64,000 bases of DNA from the NCBI GenBank assembly GCA_964016885.1, contig OZ024758.1, positions 17,670,001 through 17,734,000 of the forward strand. Direction: 5' to 3'. Shown piece after piece: positions 14,536 through 28,299 of the stretch. The position numbers and the translations under genes are program-made. The notes under the pieces were generated by a model, which was not told where the DNA came from, made no database searches, and saw nothing but the letters and a program-made list of their open reading frames with translations. Origin of the DNA: Eledone cirrhosa (taxonomy: Eukaryota). How positions within the stretch are numbered: position 1 is the first letter of the stretch; each line of letters starts with the position of its first letter.

Positions 14536-14649
14536 CAAATAGTCTGGAAATAAATATCTGTTATAATTCATTGTTTCATCTCAGACATAAAAATGATGAT
14601 GGAAATATAATATATTGTCTTAAGAAAAATAATGATTTAAAAAAAAATA

Positions 14650-15195
14650 ATGATACTGATGATAATGATGGTATTGGTGGTGATGGTGATGGTGGTGAGG
14701 GTAATGATGGTGGTGATGGTGATGGTGATGTTGATGGTATTGGTGGTGATGGTGATGATGGTGAGGGTAATGATGGTGGTGATGGTGATGTTGATGGTAT
14801 TGGTGGTGAAGGTGATGGTGGTGACGGTAATGATGGTGGTGATGTTGATGGCGATGTTGATGGTAATGGTGATGGTGGTGATGGTGATGGTGATGATGCT
14901 GACGTTGATAATGATGGTGATGATAATGGTGGTGATGGTGATGATGATGCTGGTGATGGTGATGATAATGGTGGTGATGATAATAGTGGTGATGGTGATG
15001 ATGGTGATGGTGATGATGGTGATGGTGACGATAATGATGGTGATCGTGATGGTGATGATAATGGTGGTGATAGTGATGATAATGGTGGTGATGGTGATGA
15101 TAATGGTGGTGATGGTGATGATAATGGTGGTGATGGTGATGATAATGGTGGTGATGATGATGATGGTGATGATAATGGTGATGGGGCTGGTGGCG
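14650..15195. repeat. Compound (GAT/GGT/AAT)n low-complexity tract
   Basis: Degenerate trinucleotide repeat. Confidence 0.9.
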
Positions 15196-15277
15196 GTATT
15201 CTTTATTCTGTAATTTGTTACAGTAATATTGTTAATTCTGCTGGTTTTTTGTCCACTTAACACTAAATCACTGCTTA

Positions 15278-15595
15278 TCATCATCATCATCATCATCATC
15301 ATTTTATGTCCGCTTTTCCCTGCTTGCAAGGGTGGGACGGGTCCTATTCAGCACAGCATCTCTCCACTTGTCACGGTCCTTCGTCATCTCCCCCGTGAGA
15401 TTCAGCAATCTGAGGTCTGCTCTCACCACATCTGCCCATGTTTTTCGTGGTCTTCCTCTACTGCGTCTTCCTTCTACTGGGATTTCTTGACACTTCTTTA
15501 CCCAGCTGTCATCCTCCATGCACATCACATGTCCATACCATCTCAGCCTTCTCTCCTGCACACCACAACTTATCCCTCTTATACCCAGTTTCTTT
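15278..15595 (-). mobile_element. 5'-truncated RTE LINE copy
   Basis: ORF 15304-15561 [16 protein letters not shown]...[11 protein letters not shown] plus (TGA)n tail. Confidence 0.9.
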
Positions 15596-15621
15596 CTTAA
15601 CTCGTCTATGTATATGTAAGT

Positions 15622-15956
15622 ATCATCATCATCATTTCATCATTTCATTTTACGTCCGCTTTTTCCCTGCTTGCAAGGGTGGGACGGGAACTGATTCTGG
15701 CTTGATGCCCTTCCTAACACCAACCTCATTTACAGTGAGTGCTGGGTGCTTTTTTTCCGTGGCACCTCCACGACCACTTTGCAGTGGAATGATAGGGACT
15801 GGGGTCCTATCATCTCATTTCTACAGCTGAGTAAACTGGAGCAATGTGAAATAAAGTGTCTTGCTCAAGGAAACAACACATCACCCGGTCTGAGAATTGA
15901 ACTTACAACCTTTCCATTGCAAGGCCAATGCTCTAGCCACTAAGCCATGTGCCTCC
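15622..15956 (-). mobile_element. SINE family 1 copy
   Basis: Near-identical to 7502-7835 with a small internal deletion. Confidence 0.88.
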
Positions 15957-16014
15957 ATATGTGGATGTACAAATGATGAAGATGATGGTGTATAATATAT
16001 CTATATAAATACAT

Positions 16015-16125
16015 TTTGTCATCTCTTCTGTGAGTTTCAGCAATCTGAGGTCTGCTCTCCCCCCCCCCCCTGCCCATGTTTTTCGTGGTCTTCCTCTACT
16101 GCGTCTTCCTTCCACTGGCATTTCT
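16015..16125 (-). mobile_element. Internal RTE fragment
   Basis: [17 protein letters not shown]...ADLRLLKLTEEMTK. Confidence 0.8.
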
Positions 16126-16224
16126 TTACGGTAGATATTTAGAACATATCTTAAGGTTCTAGCTGTATCAAGGAAGGGAGTGAATTGGTAGAGTCATTAG
16201 AGCATCTGGTAGAATGCTCTATGT

Positions 16225-17165
16225 CAGGTATGTCAAACTGAGGGTACCCCGAGGGCCACATGCGTCACATATGTGTCGTCTGAGGGCCACATGGGTCACA
16301 TATGTGTCGTCTGAGGGCCACATGGATCACATATGTGTTGTCTGAGGGTCACATGGGTGACATATGTGTTGTGTGAGGGTCACATGGGTGACATATGTGT
16401 TGTCTGAGGGTCACATGGGTGACATATGTGTCGTCTGAGGGTCACATGGGTGACATATGTGTTGTGTGAGGGTCACATGGGTGACATATGTGTTGTCTGA
16501 GGGTCACATGGGTGACATATGTGTTGTCTGAGGGTCACATGGGTGACATATGTGTCGTCTGAGGGTCACATGGGTGACATATGTTTTGTCTGAGGGCCAC
16601 ATGGGTGACATATGTGTTGTCTGAGGGCCACATGGGTGACATATGTGTTGTCTGAGGGCCACATGGGTGACATATGTTTTGTCTGAGGGCCACATGGGTG
16701 ACATATGTGTTGTCTGAGGGCCACATGGGTGACATATGTGTTGTCTGAGGGTCACATGGGTGACATATGTGTCGTCTGAGGGCCACATGGGTGACATATG
16801 TTTTGTCTGAGGGCCACATGGGTGACATATGTGTTGTCTGAGGGCCACATGGTTCACATATGTGTTGTCTGAGGGCCACATGAGTCACATATGTGTTGTC
16901 TGAGGGCCACATGGATCACATGTGTTCTCTGAGGGCCACATGAGTCACACATGTGTTGTCTGAGGGCCACATGGGCCAGATGTGTTCTCTGAGGGCCACA
17001 TGGGTCACATATGTGTTGTCTGAGGGCCACACTCGACAACTAATTGCGCACCTTACAACTCATTTAAAAAATTTTATATTACAAAGATAAAACATTCTTG
17101 CAAAGTAAAAACCTTTGTGAGGGCCACAGGTGTGTTTATAAAGGGCCGCATGCTTTACATCCCTG
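16225..17165. mobile_element. Non-autonomous hAT (Charlie-like) element containing a minisatellite, inserted into an old SINE head
   Basis: Ends caggtatgtcaaac / tttacatccctg; gggccaca/gggccgca subterminal motifs; degenerate 8-bp TSD ctctatgt/cattatgg. Confidence 0.62.
16251..17030. repeat. 31-bp minisatellite, about 25 copies
   Basis: Unit gagggccacatgggtgacatatgtgttgtct. Confidence 0.95.
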
Positions 17166-17360
17166 CATTATGGTATTCATTCTGACTCTCTCTGCTCTCT
17201 GAGTTGAAATTAGTTTCCCTATCACAGTCTCAATAGTATCATTATTGATGATGTATGTTTTGGGTGTAATACGGAGGCTATAGTTCATATATATCTCTTT
17301 CAGTCACACTGCATTTTGGTTGAATTTCTTTTTCTCACCTCAAATTTTTCTCCAGAAGGA

Positions 17361-17681
17361 ATCTGCCTTTCTGGGACAGAGCCTCAGTCACATTTATTGA
17401 TTTGCCCCTCATATTTCTATAGACCGATGTTTAGTTTCAACTGAATCTTTTATCAACCATTTTCCTTTCAGTACCTCTCTTCTGATATCTGAGTTTCTTT
17501 CTGACAGCTCTGTATTTTTAATTCTGCCTTTCTGGGACAGAGCCTCAGTCACATTTATTGATTTGCCCCTCATATTTCTATAGACCAATGTTCAGTTTCA
17601 ACTGAATCTTTTAGCAACCATTTTCCTTTCAGTACCTCTCTTCTGATATCTGAGTTTCTTTCTGACACCTCTGTATTTTTA
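17361..17681. repeat. ~162-bp direct tandem duplication
   Basis: tctgcctttctgggacagagcctcagtcacatttattg... at 17362 and 17523. Confidence 0.9.
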
Positions 17682-18959
17682 TTTCAGTTTGAGCAAATTC
17701 TATTGAAGAGTTCCCTTTGTATTCTCTCCAAACATCAATTTTGTTTTATTTTTCACTCTTTGTTGATAAAGAGTGTAATTTTTCGGTTTTATTTACATGG
17801 AATAAGCATTGTCAAATGGCTAATAGTTTTTCGTAGGTCAACGATTGTCTTTTCTATATTGAATACATGATAGCGTTTTTTTTGTGGTTTATTTTTCTCT
17901 TAGCATCTCTATTATCACCAAGATAATGTTTAGACAGACATTAATTTGCCATATGTATGTGTGTGTGAGTGCAAGCTTGCATGCAGGTCTTTGTGTATGT
18001 ATGTTTATATGTATGAATGTATCCAAAAATGTGTAAATATGTATATACATATGTGTGTATGTATATATGTATATATGTATATACATGTATACATATGTGT
18101 ATATATGCTTGGGGACATAGAAATAATCTGGCTGGATACCTGATTGTGCAGTTTAAACCACTGGGAGTGAAGGACCTCTGGCTTTTGTCAGGGCATTCTT
18201 CTAGGAGAAGGTAACTCAGGAAACTGGGATAACTCCGACATAAAACGTCAGTAGTTACTGATAATGTTGATATTTTTTTCTTTTTGAGTTATATCTACTG
18301 TTGCTCAGAGAGTGGGATTGGCTCAGTGCACAGTCTTTCCTCACTTAAAAAAAAAAATCTTCATGCACAGGCATTGCACGATAGAATTAATTGATAATTA
18401 TCAATAATTATTTCTACTTTTGGCACAAGGCCAGCAATTAAACCAGTGCATTACTGGTACTTAATTTTATTGACCCCATAAGGATGAAAGGCAAAGTTAA
18501 CCTCGATGGGATTTGAATTCAGAACTCTATACTGCAAAGCATTGCATCCGACCCTCTCCTAATGTTATCTGTGCAATGGCCATACGTGATATAAAGGGAG
18601 CAGCCATCATGTATGAATGTATGTATGATTGTGTGTGTGTGTGCATCTACGTATGTATGTATTTATTTATATATCATAATCATCTGCAGCATCACTTACT
18701 GTAAAGGTTCATCCAACCTGTCAGTAATGGTTGGATGGATCTTAACAGATAGTATCAGTACTCAAGTAATGTTACTGCTTCTCAGTTGGACCAGGCATCT
18801 GCTTCTTCCTTACATATAACCCCATGGTCTAATGAATACATTTTACCATGACACCACTACAAATGAGTTTATATCTTTGACACAAATGAAGGGTCTTCCC
18901 AACCATTTGTTTGGTAGATTTTCTATAACTAGACGCCTTCTTATTGTGAACCACTTGAA

Positions 18960-19298
18960 TCCTTTAGTATTCACATTACTCTATATTTTCTATTATATTT
19001 TTGTTGTAAAGGCTTTACCTCACATAATTATCTCACATAATATTGAATCTACGAGATTTTGGAATTATTTATTTTGAGAACAATACCTTAACATCAGTAA
19101 GAGTGACCAGTTATGGCCAGTTTGAACAGAAAGAGGTGAGAGAATTCTGGCCGGATATGGCCGGTTTAAATGCTAAAGGGTTTAAAGATTTTGATGTTAT
19201 TTATTTTGACATCAGTATGAACAGCCAGTTGTGGCCAGTTTGAACAGAAAGAGGTGAGAGAATTCTGGCTGGATATGGCCAGTTGAAATGCTAAATGG
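18960..19298. mobile_element. piggyBac-type MITE (~220 bp) plus a partial second end
   Basis: TIR ccctttagcattta / taaatgctaaaggg with TTAA-like flanks; body shared with other copies in the window. Confidence 0.7.
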
Positions 19299-21127
19299 TT
19301 AAAGAGTGTACTGGGTGTGTTTATCTTCTTAATCGCCAGCACGATGGAGGTAATCATTTATTTGGCACAACTGCAGAGTCCTTCCTACAAGTTATTCCTA
19401 TTAGCTGCTAGTTTACAGCATTTTGCATGTGATATGTATGACAAATGTGGTATGATGAGGAAGTAAGAGGTGAACTCCGATAGTGTGTGAGAGATATATG
19501 TCTTTGTCAATATGCCTATGTGTATGTATATATATATATAGATATGTATGTAAAAGGTAAACAGAAATAACAACACAATCGGTACAGTATATGAAAGGAA
19601 TATATAAGGTTAATGCTTGATATAGCAGGGAGAGGGTCTTAACGTTTCAGATGCCAGTCCTTCATTAGAAGAAAGAATGAGAAATAAGATAAATTGAGGG
19701 GGCAGGTGGGGTGGAATTGGAAAAAATATCTTTAGATAAAAATAATAGGTCCATTCCTGTTGACATCTCTTGGAACATATATATATATACACACACAGAC
19801 ACACAAACACACGTGTGTGTGTGTCCACCCCATGCAAGAATGGAAAATTGGATGTAATGTAAAAATGATTATGCTGATGATGATATATACATACCTATGT
19901 ACGTACATATATTCCTTCATATATATATATATATATATATTTCTAAAGATATACAAGCATGCCCAACAACAGTCCTGATATTATTACTTTGTACAGAAAA
20001 ATTTTCTATTTTTTATCCTCCTTTCAAAATATTGTACAGTAAAATAAAAGAATTCTACAAAGTATTGATGAGATTTTACACCACATTACCCCAAGCAATA
20101 CTTCCTGTAAACTATTCTTTTCTGTATTGTTGTTGAATTCAGTCTCCGGTACACATTATAGAAGGTTATCTGTATATTTTTATAGGGTTATATTTTATGT
20201 AAGTCAGTAGGGGGAATCAATAAGATCGAATCTTTAACATCTTTTTATGTACTGCAATTGTTGCATGGCATAGTCCATAGTCCATATTTTCTTATTTTAA
20301 ACGTTATTCAATATCATGAATATATACATATATATTTTCTATTGAATAGTTTAATTCTTCATTGTTGTGTTCTTTTAATGTCTGCCTAGTAGAATGTGTG
20401 TATACTTACATAAACATCTCTCTCTCTAGATATATATATATATATAAAATGATATATTTATATCATCATACTAACTTAAACCTACAGCCAGTAGGCACCT
20501 CTTAACCCAATATGCACTCCACCCCACACCCACTACTCCATCCTCCCACTTCTGTCCACTGTAAAATGGTTGAGTAGGTGACACAAGAAAAAGCACCCAG
20601 TCCACACTGTAAAGTGGTCGTGTAGAAGACACAACAAACAAACCTTTCTCTACACTGTACAGTGTTCATGTAGGTGACACGACAAAAAGCACCTACTCCA
20701 CACTGTAATGTGGTCATGTAGGAGATACGGTAAAAAGGCTCCCAGGCCACACTGTACATGTGGTTGGTGTTAGGAAGGGCATCCAGCTGTAGAAAACCTG
20801 CCAGAAACAGTTTTGTATGAACGAGACATGGTCACCAAACCAATCTTGCCTCAAGTGGGACAAACCAGTCCAACCCATGCTAGCGTGGAACATGGACATT
20901 AAATGATGATGATGATGATGATGATATATATGTATATATATATATAAAATTAAAAAATGTAGTTGAAACTCACAATCATCCCCTATAATTTAATGAAATC
21001 AAGGAACATATTCTGGGCTCTTTATATATCAGCATATAGAGAGAAATACACATAGATATGTGTTCAACAGAGGTTTTACATCCCCTATGATTGAACATGT
21101 ATATGTATGTGTATTTCTCTCTATATC

Positions 21128-21177
<50 letters not shown>

Positions 21178-21470
21178 ATGTTGAAAGGGACACACTAGAG
21201 ATATAAGAGAGATTGTGAATCATCAATAAAACAGGGAAAACCAACTAATCGATAAATAAATCAATGCATTAGGAAATAAAATACAAATTATATAAAAATC
21301 AGAAACGTGCATAAAAAAATGTTATATTTATATTATATATTTTCGTTGTTTATATAAATGATTCAAAAGCTCAGTTGAACAACACCAGTTCAATACTAAC
21401 ATATTTGAGCAGTCTTAGTCTAAACAATAGACAATAAAACTAATTATATGTACTGAAGCAAAATAAAAAC

Positions 21471-21554
21471 TATGTATTGGGTTGTCGTCAAGTACGAAAT
21501 TTGTAGAAAAAAGGCGAATTTCTACAAATTCCATACTTGATGACCTAATACATA
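21471..21554. mobile_element. ~80-bp mariner-type (MADE-like) hairpin MITE
   Basis: Imperfect inverted repeat tattgggttgtcgtcaagtacgaaatttgtagaaa / tttctacaaattccatacttgatgacctaata. Confidence 0.55.
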
Positions 21555-21767
21555 TTCTGAAGCAAAAACCAAATCAAACCAAACAGTGAGTGTGTTTTAC
21601 TATATTTTTCTGGCAATAATAAGATAACATGACCCTCCACAAATATAACAATATTTATATTTGTTTTATATTTTCATTATATAAATGATTTAAAAGCTCA
21701 GTTGAACACCAGTTCAATACTAACTTCTTTGAGGAGTCTTAGTCTAAACAATAGACAATAAAAACTA

Positions 21768-21936
21768 TCGTATTTCCCGCCACTGAAGATGCTTCGTCCT
21801 TGAGAACGCACCCTAATTTTGACAACCAAAAATTTGAAAAAAAATAATAAACAACTTTTGGCCTCCAGGATACATGGTAGATTTTAGAGATTTATTTTAG
21901 GAAAAAAGTAGCATCTTCGATGCTGGGAAATATGGT
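21768..21936. mobile_element. pogo/Tc2-like MITE (TA TSD)
   Basis: TA-tcgtatttccc...gggaaatatgg-TA; inverted homologue at 29554-29723. Confidence 0.68.
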
Positions 21937-22998
21937 AATTATATATATTGAAGCAAAAACCAGACCAAACAGTGAGTGTGTTTTACTATATTTTTCTGGC
22001 AATGTTAAGACAACGAAACTCTCCACAAATACAACAATATTTATATTTATATTAAATAATTTCATTGCTTACATAAATGATTCAAAATCTCATTTGAATA
22101 CCAGTTCAATACTAACCTATTTGAGGAGTCCTGGTCGAAACAATATTATGATGTTGTAGTTTGCATGAAGCATTGTATATGATATATAATATGAAAAGAG
22201 ATATAAGGTAAGATGTAGGTAACAAAAAAGTAAGTTACCTGGCAATCTTTGTTTTCTTTTTTGTTATTGCTGTTGCTTTTTTCCATCCTAATATTTTGAG
22301 ACTTAAATTCCCTTCTTCCGAGTATTTAAGAGGTAACATTTCTCTAAAAAAGTTAACATTTTTTCAGATGTGTCTACTGACTGTAGGTTTAAGTTTGTAT
22401 GCTGATATATATATATCTAGAGAGAGAGATGTGTATGTGAGTGTACACACATTCTACTAGGCAGACATTAAAAGAACACAGCAATAAAGAATTGAACTAA
22501 GAGAATAATATTAGTATTTCTAAAAGAGTTAACATTTCTCTGAGTTTCTTATACAGTTATACCATTGTTCACATGGTGTTACTGTAAAGTTTGAAAGTCA
22601 ACACTAATTATATATAAACAGAATGCAATTGTAGTAGTAAAGACTTCTAATCTGTTATCCAATATTCTTTGTAATTAAGAAACCAATCAACTGTCAATTC
22701 AATTTTAGTGGTGATATGTCCTTGTGATAATATGCCTTTGTTTTAATACCAGAACAACCCAAATTGAGTAGACCTTTGATCAATTGTATTCTGCCCATGA
22801 ACATTCTTTATTTTCTTTGATGTAGTGTATCTAAAATTGCATTATCTAATGTAATGAATGCAGGTATCGTTGGGTAATTAAAAAGTTAAATTCGCAATCA
22901 TAAAGACCTCGGTTTGAGCCCATAGTATAACATATTGTGCAAGTTTCTTTGCAAAGCACCTGGTAAACCTGAGCCATGGGAACGAAAATGGTGTGAAG

Positions 22999-23165
22999 CG
23001 GCATCAGATTTACCATTGTGCTTAAGTGTGCTTAAGTACATGGCCCTGTTGGCCAGGGGGAAGCTCATCTTCCTGCCCCCAAAATGTTACCTCCTTCAGG
23101 TCCCAAGTAAGGGGCCTCATAACTTAACTAGCACAGGGCCTCATTTTTTCCTAAATCCAGCACTG
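22999..23165. mobile_element. hAT-type MITE
   Basis: Imperfect TIR cggcatcagattta / taaatccagcactg; 8-bp TSD gtgtgaag/ggctgaag. Confidence 0.55.
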
Positions 23166-23430
23166 GGCTGAAGGAAACTCTGTAGAAGCCCATCAGATGG
23201 TTTGTGCCTGTAATTCAAAGGTCCAGCCTTGACACATATTTTGTCATACTGACTCTCCCTAAGAATTATGTTAAGGGTACATATATCTGTCGAATATTCA
23301 ACCAGCAACATGTTAATTCATGAACTGGACACACAGTTGATCAATCAAACAACAGGTTAGCCATTGCCATCATTACAGATGATCCATCATCTATTATATT
23401 TTCCCACTTTTGAAGCTGGTTGTGATTGAA

Positions 23431-23863
23431 CCCTTTAGTATTTAAACCGGCCATATCCGACCAAAATTGTTTCACCTCTTTCTGTTCAAACTGACCATAA
23501 CTGACCGCTTATACTTATGTTAAGATATTGTTCTCAAAATAAATAACATCAAAATCTTTAAACCCTTTAGCATTTAAAATTATAGCAAATCCCTTTAAAT
23601 TCTATATAAATTCAAACAGTATATTTCAGTAGAAATATGGTAATGAAAAGGTTAACACTTTAGTATTTAAACAGGCCATATCCGGCCAGAATTCTCTCAC
23701 TTCTTTCTGTTCAAACTGGCCATAACTGGCCACTTATACTTATGTTAAGGTATTGTTCTCAAAATGAATAATATCAAAATCTCATAGATTCGATATTATG
23801 TGAGATAAAGCCTTTCCCATGAAAATACAATAGTAAATATAGGGTAATGTAAATGGTAAAGGG
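23431..23863. mobile_element. piggyBac-type MITE, compound copy
   Basis: ccctttagtattta...ggtaaagggTTAA, with internal repeats of the same terminus. Confidence 0.7.
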
Positions 23864-24639
23864 TTAAAGACATTTGACTGCTATTTTTAGCAGATCAATT
23901 AACCACACAGAGGATTACTCATTGGATCACGACAGCTATGGTGTACATCATCATATTTAGTGAATTGGAATTAGGTAATCAAAAGTTAGTAATATTGGTG
24001 AGCCAACAGTAGATTGATGTATTATTTCTGACATGCTGACTGCATTATAATGAATACAATGAAACATTTAGGGAGATTCACTCTCTTCTATGTGACCAGG
24101 TTACCTGAAAACTGAGTAGAATAACTAATGCAGGATATATGCTTCAGTGTAAATTTAGAATATATGAATATTTCTAATACCTGCTAAATCCTAATTTGAA
24201 AGAGAGAGAGAGAGAGAGATAGTGTGTCCATGCGAGATGCAGAGAAATTGTAAGAGTTTGTGAAAAAGCAGGAAGAAGACATGATCAGCTAGTATATTAT
24301 AATTTCACACATCCTTATGCTAGATAGAGGTAATATAATGTGTTCACTTGTTCAGGTATATACCAAATATAGAAATATGTCCAAGGTTGGCAGGTGACAT
24401 CAGTTTATTAAAAGTCGAAGGGCATAAATTCAAGAAAGTACCAGTGTGTGAATGGATCTATGAGTTTGAAATACAGCAATACCCTATACTTTAAATATTG
24501 TTGGATTTTAGTGTCATCACCATCATCATCATCATCATTTAATAACAATTTTCCACACTAACATGGGTTTTTTGTCATGTCATATATTCAGAAAAGATGT
24601 GAAGATGCAGGGACTTCTAAAATGATCCAACATTTTAAT

Positions 24640-26232
24640 AATGGTTTCTACTTTTGGCACAAGGCCAGCAATAACCCAATGCATTACTGGTACTTTATTC
24701 TATCGACCCCGGAATAAAGTACCAGTAATGCATTGGGTAATTGCTGGCCTTGTGCCAAAAGTAGAAACAATTATTTTAATAATGGTTTCTAATTTAGGCA
24801 CAAGGCCAGCAATTTTGGGGAGGGTAAAGCTGCTTAAATTGGCCCATTACTGGTACTTTATCGACCCCGTAGTGATGAAAGGCAAAGCTAACCTTGGTGA
24901 GATTTGAAATTGGAACCGTAACTCTATGTTACAAAGCATGTTGTCCAACGCTCTACCGATATTGCCAATCCACTGCCCTAATAGTAATAATAATAATAAT
25001 AATTGTTTCTATTTTAGGCACAAGGCCAGCAATTACCCCAGTGCATTACTGGTACTTTATTTTATCGACTCCGTAAGGATGAAAGGCAAAGTTAACCTCA
25101 GAGGGATTTGAAATCTGAATGTAAAGGGCCATAACTCTAAGCTGCAAAGCATGTTATCTGATGCCCTACCAACACTGCCATAATAATAATAATTGTTTAT
25201 ACTTTTGTCACAAGGCCAGCAATTACCCCAGTGCATTACTGGTACTTTATTTTATCGACCCCGTAAGGATGAAAGGCAAAGTTAACCTCGGCGGGATTTG
25301 AACTCAAAATGGCAAGGGCCGTAACTCTTTGCTGCAAAGCATGGCGTCCGACCCTCTACCTATACTGCCAATCCACCGCCCTTATAATAATAATGGTTTC
25401 TTATATAGGCACAAGGCCAGCAGTTTTGGGGGAGAGGAAAGTCAATTAACTCAACCCAAGTATATTACTGGTCGTGTATTTTATCGACCCCCGTAAAGAT
25501 GAACAGCATAGCTAACCTCGGCGGGATTTGAACTCAGATCATAAAGGGCCGTAACTCTATGCTGCAAAGCATGGTGTCTGACACTCTACTGTTACTGTCA
25601 ATCCACTACATTTACTGTAAAAAGATGTGTATATTTATGTTTGTGTATAAGTGTGTGCATGTAGAAGTGTGTATGTGCATAGGATTGCATGTATGTGCAT
25701 GATTGTGTGCGTGTATGTGTATGAATGTGTAATAGTATGTGCATGAATAAGTGAGTGTGTATGAGTATGTATGTATGTATGTGTGTGCGTGTGTATATGT
25801 GTGCATTATTACACTCTAGTGGAGGATTGGCAGAATCGGTAGAGGGTCGGACACCATGCGTTGACGCATAGAGTTACGACCCTTGTCATATCCTGCCGAG
25901 GTTAACTTTGCCTTTCATCCTTACGGGACCGACAAAATAAAGTACCAGTAATGCACTGGGATAATTGCTGGCCTTGTGCCTAACGTAGAAACAACTATTA
26001 CACTCTAGTTTGGGCGCTGGATTGGCAGTAACGGTAGAGTGGGACACCATGCTTTGTAACATAGAGTTACGGCCCTGTACGATCTGAGTTCTGGTCCTGC
26101 TGTGGTTAACTTCCCCTTTCATCCTTACGGGGTCGATAAAATAAAGTACCAGTAGTACATTGGGGTCAATTTAATCAACTTACCCCTACCCCTCAAAATT
26201 GCTGGCCTTTTGCCAGACATAGAAACAATTAT
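24640..26232. mobile_element. Cluster of about 8 SINE family 2 copies (minus-strand run 24780-25610, plus-strand run 25818-26232, fold-back at 24640-24775)
   Basis: Repeated ggcacaaggccagcaat...actggtactttattttatcgaccccgtaaggatgaaaggcaaagttaacctcgg. Confidence 0.85.
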
Positions 26233-26607
26233 TACACTCTAGCATGTTAGTAAATTACGCTTTAGTCATAAATAAAAGTTTTAATAAAACTTTAATAAAA
26301 TTAAAAGCAGAATTCTCCTAAGTCAGCACCTTAGGTTTTTAAAAGCCAATTAAAACATTTTTTAATACATTTTACCAGTCATCAGGTGCTAAGAAAGACA
26401 TTGATGTCATTAGCTCATGATTACATCCTCAACAACTTTGAAGGCTCCTGTCTGTTTATGAAGCAATTAGAACTTTTTTTGGCAATTTATTTCGTCGATA
26501 TTAAAAGTCTATTAATTTATTTATCAATTAATAATAAAGTTCTTTGTACAGTTTAACACAGATATTTATGTGTATATGTAATATATATTCATATATCTGT
26601 GTATGTG

Positions 26608-26670
<63 letters not shown>

Positions 26671-26791
26671 TCATCATGATCATCATCATCGTTTAACGTT
26701 CATCTTCCACGCTTGCATGGGTTTGGACATATATATATATTTATATATATATATATTTACATACATATATTTTTTTTATCTACATACATAA

Positions 26792-27136
26792 CATCATCAT
26801 CATCATCATCATCATCATTTTACGTCCGCTTTTCCCTGCTTGCAGGGGTGGGACGGGAACTGATTCTGGCTTGATTTCTACAGCTGGATGCCCTTCCTAA
26901 CACCAACCTCATTTACAGTGAGTGCTGGGTGCTTTTTTGCCATGGCACCTCCACGACCACTTTGCAGTGGAATGATAGGGACCCCAGTCCCTATCATCTC
27001 ATTTCTACAGCTGAGTAAACTGGAGCAATGTGAAATAAAGTATCTTGCTCAAGGAAACAACACATCACCCGGTCTGAGAATTGAACTCACAACCTTTCGA
27101 TTGCAAGGCCAATGCTCTAACCACTAAGCCATGTGC
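26792..27136 (-). mobile_element. SINE family 1 copy
   Basis: Near-identical to 7502-7835. Confidence 0.88.
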
Positions 27137-27382
27137 ATACATGCATCATATATATATATATAAATATTTTTTTATCTAGACATAACATATATGCATCATA
27201 TATATAGATACATATATATTTATATATATATATATTTATTTACATCTATGCATCATATATTTTTATATACATACATAAAACGCATACATATATGTATCCA
27301 CGTATGTGTGTAGATATATATATATATATTTATTTGCATATATGCATCATATATTTTTATATACATATGATGATGATGATGA

Positions 27383-27454
<72 letters not shown>

Positions 27455-27457
27455 ATG

Positions 27458-27512
<55 letters not shown>

Positions 27513-27770
27513 TTTTTTTTACATTTATGCATCATATATTTTTATATACATACATAACACATACATTTATGTATTGGTGTATGTATATATATATATATAT
27601 AAATATGTATTTTTATTTACATATATGCATCATATATTTTTATATACATACATAACACACATACATATATATATCCATGTATATGTGTATATATAGATAT
27701 ATAGATATATTTATTTACATACATAAACAAATGTTTATATACATACATAGCACACATAGCATACATCATG

Positions 27771-27848
<78 letters not shown>

Positions 27849-28249
27849 TATAGACATGTCTATGTATAACTGCTACTCTGGTGTTTCTGTTTGTTTGGTG
27901 TGTGTGTATGAAACTGTTTTATAATTTTTCAATTTAATTTAATTCTCCCTGTGATGTTGTCTATATTCCTCTTTATAAATCCTCTTTTATTAATCTTTGA
28001 TTAGTTTACATTTACATGGCACATATTCTACATTATAACTCCAAAACCTATCATTTTTAACCCTTTAATATTTATATTACTCTATATTTGCAATAGTATT
28101 TTCACAGTAAAGGCTTTATCTTACATAAGCATCTCACATAATATTAAATCTACAAAATTTTGATATTCATTTTGAGAATAATTACCACTTTAGTGTGTGG
28201 GTTGGGTGCATTTTGTTGTGACACCTGCACAACCACTATACACTGTGGA

Positions 28250-28299
<50 letters not shown>

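Noticed and set aside
14196-15329. Asp/Gly-rich 354-aa ORF and overlapping Met/Val and Ile/Thr ORFs
   Set aside because: Trinucleotide low-complexity tract fused to (TA)n; open in several frames, with no splice or domain evidence.
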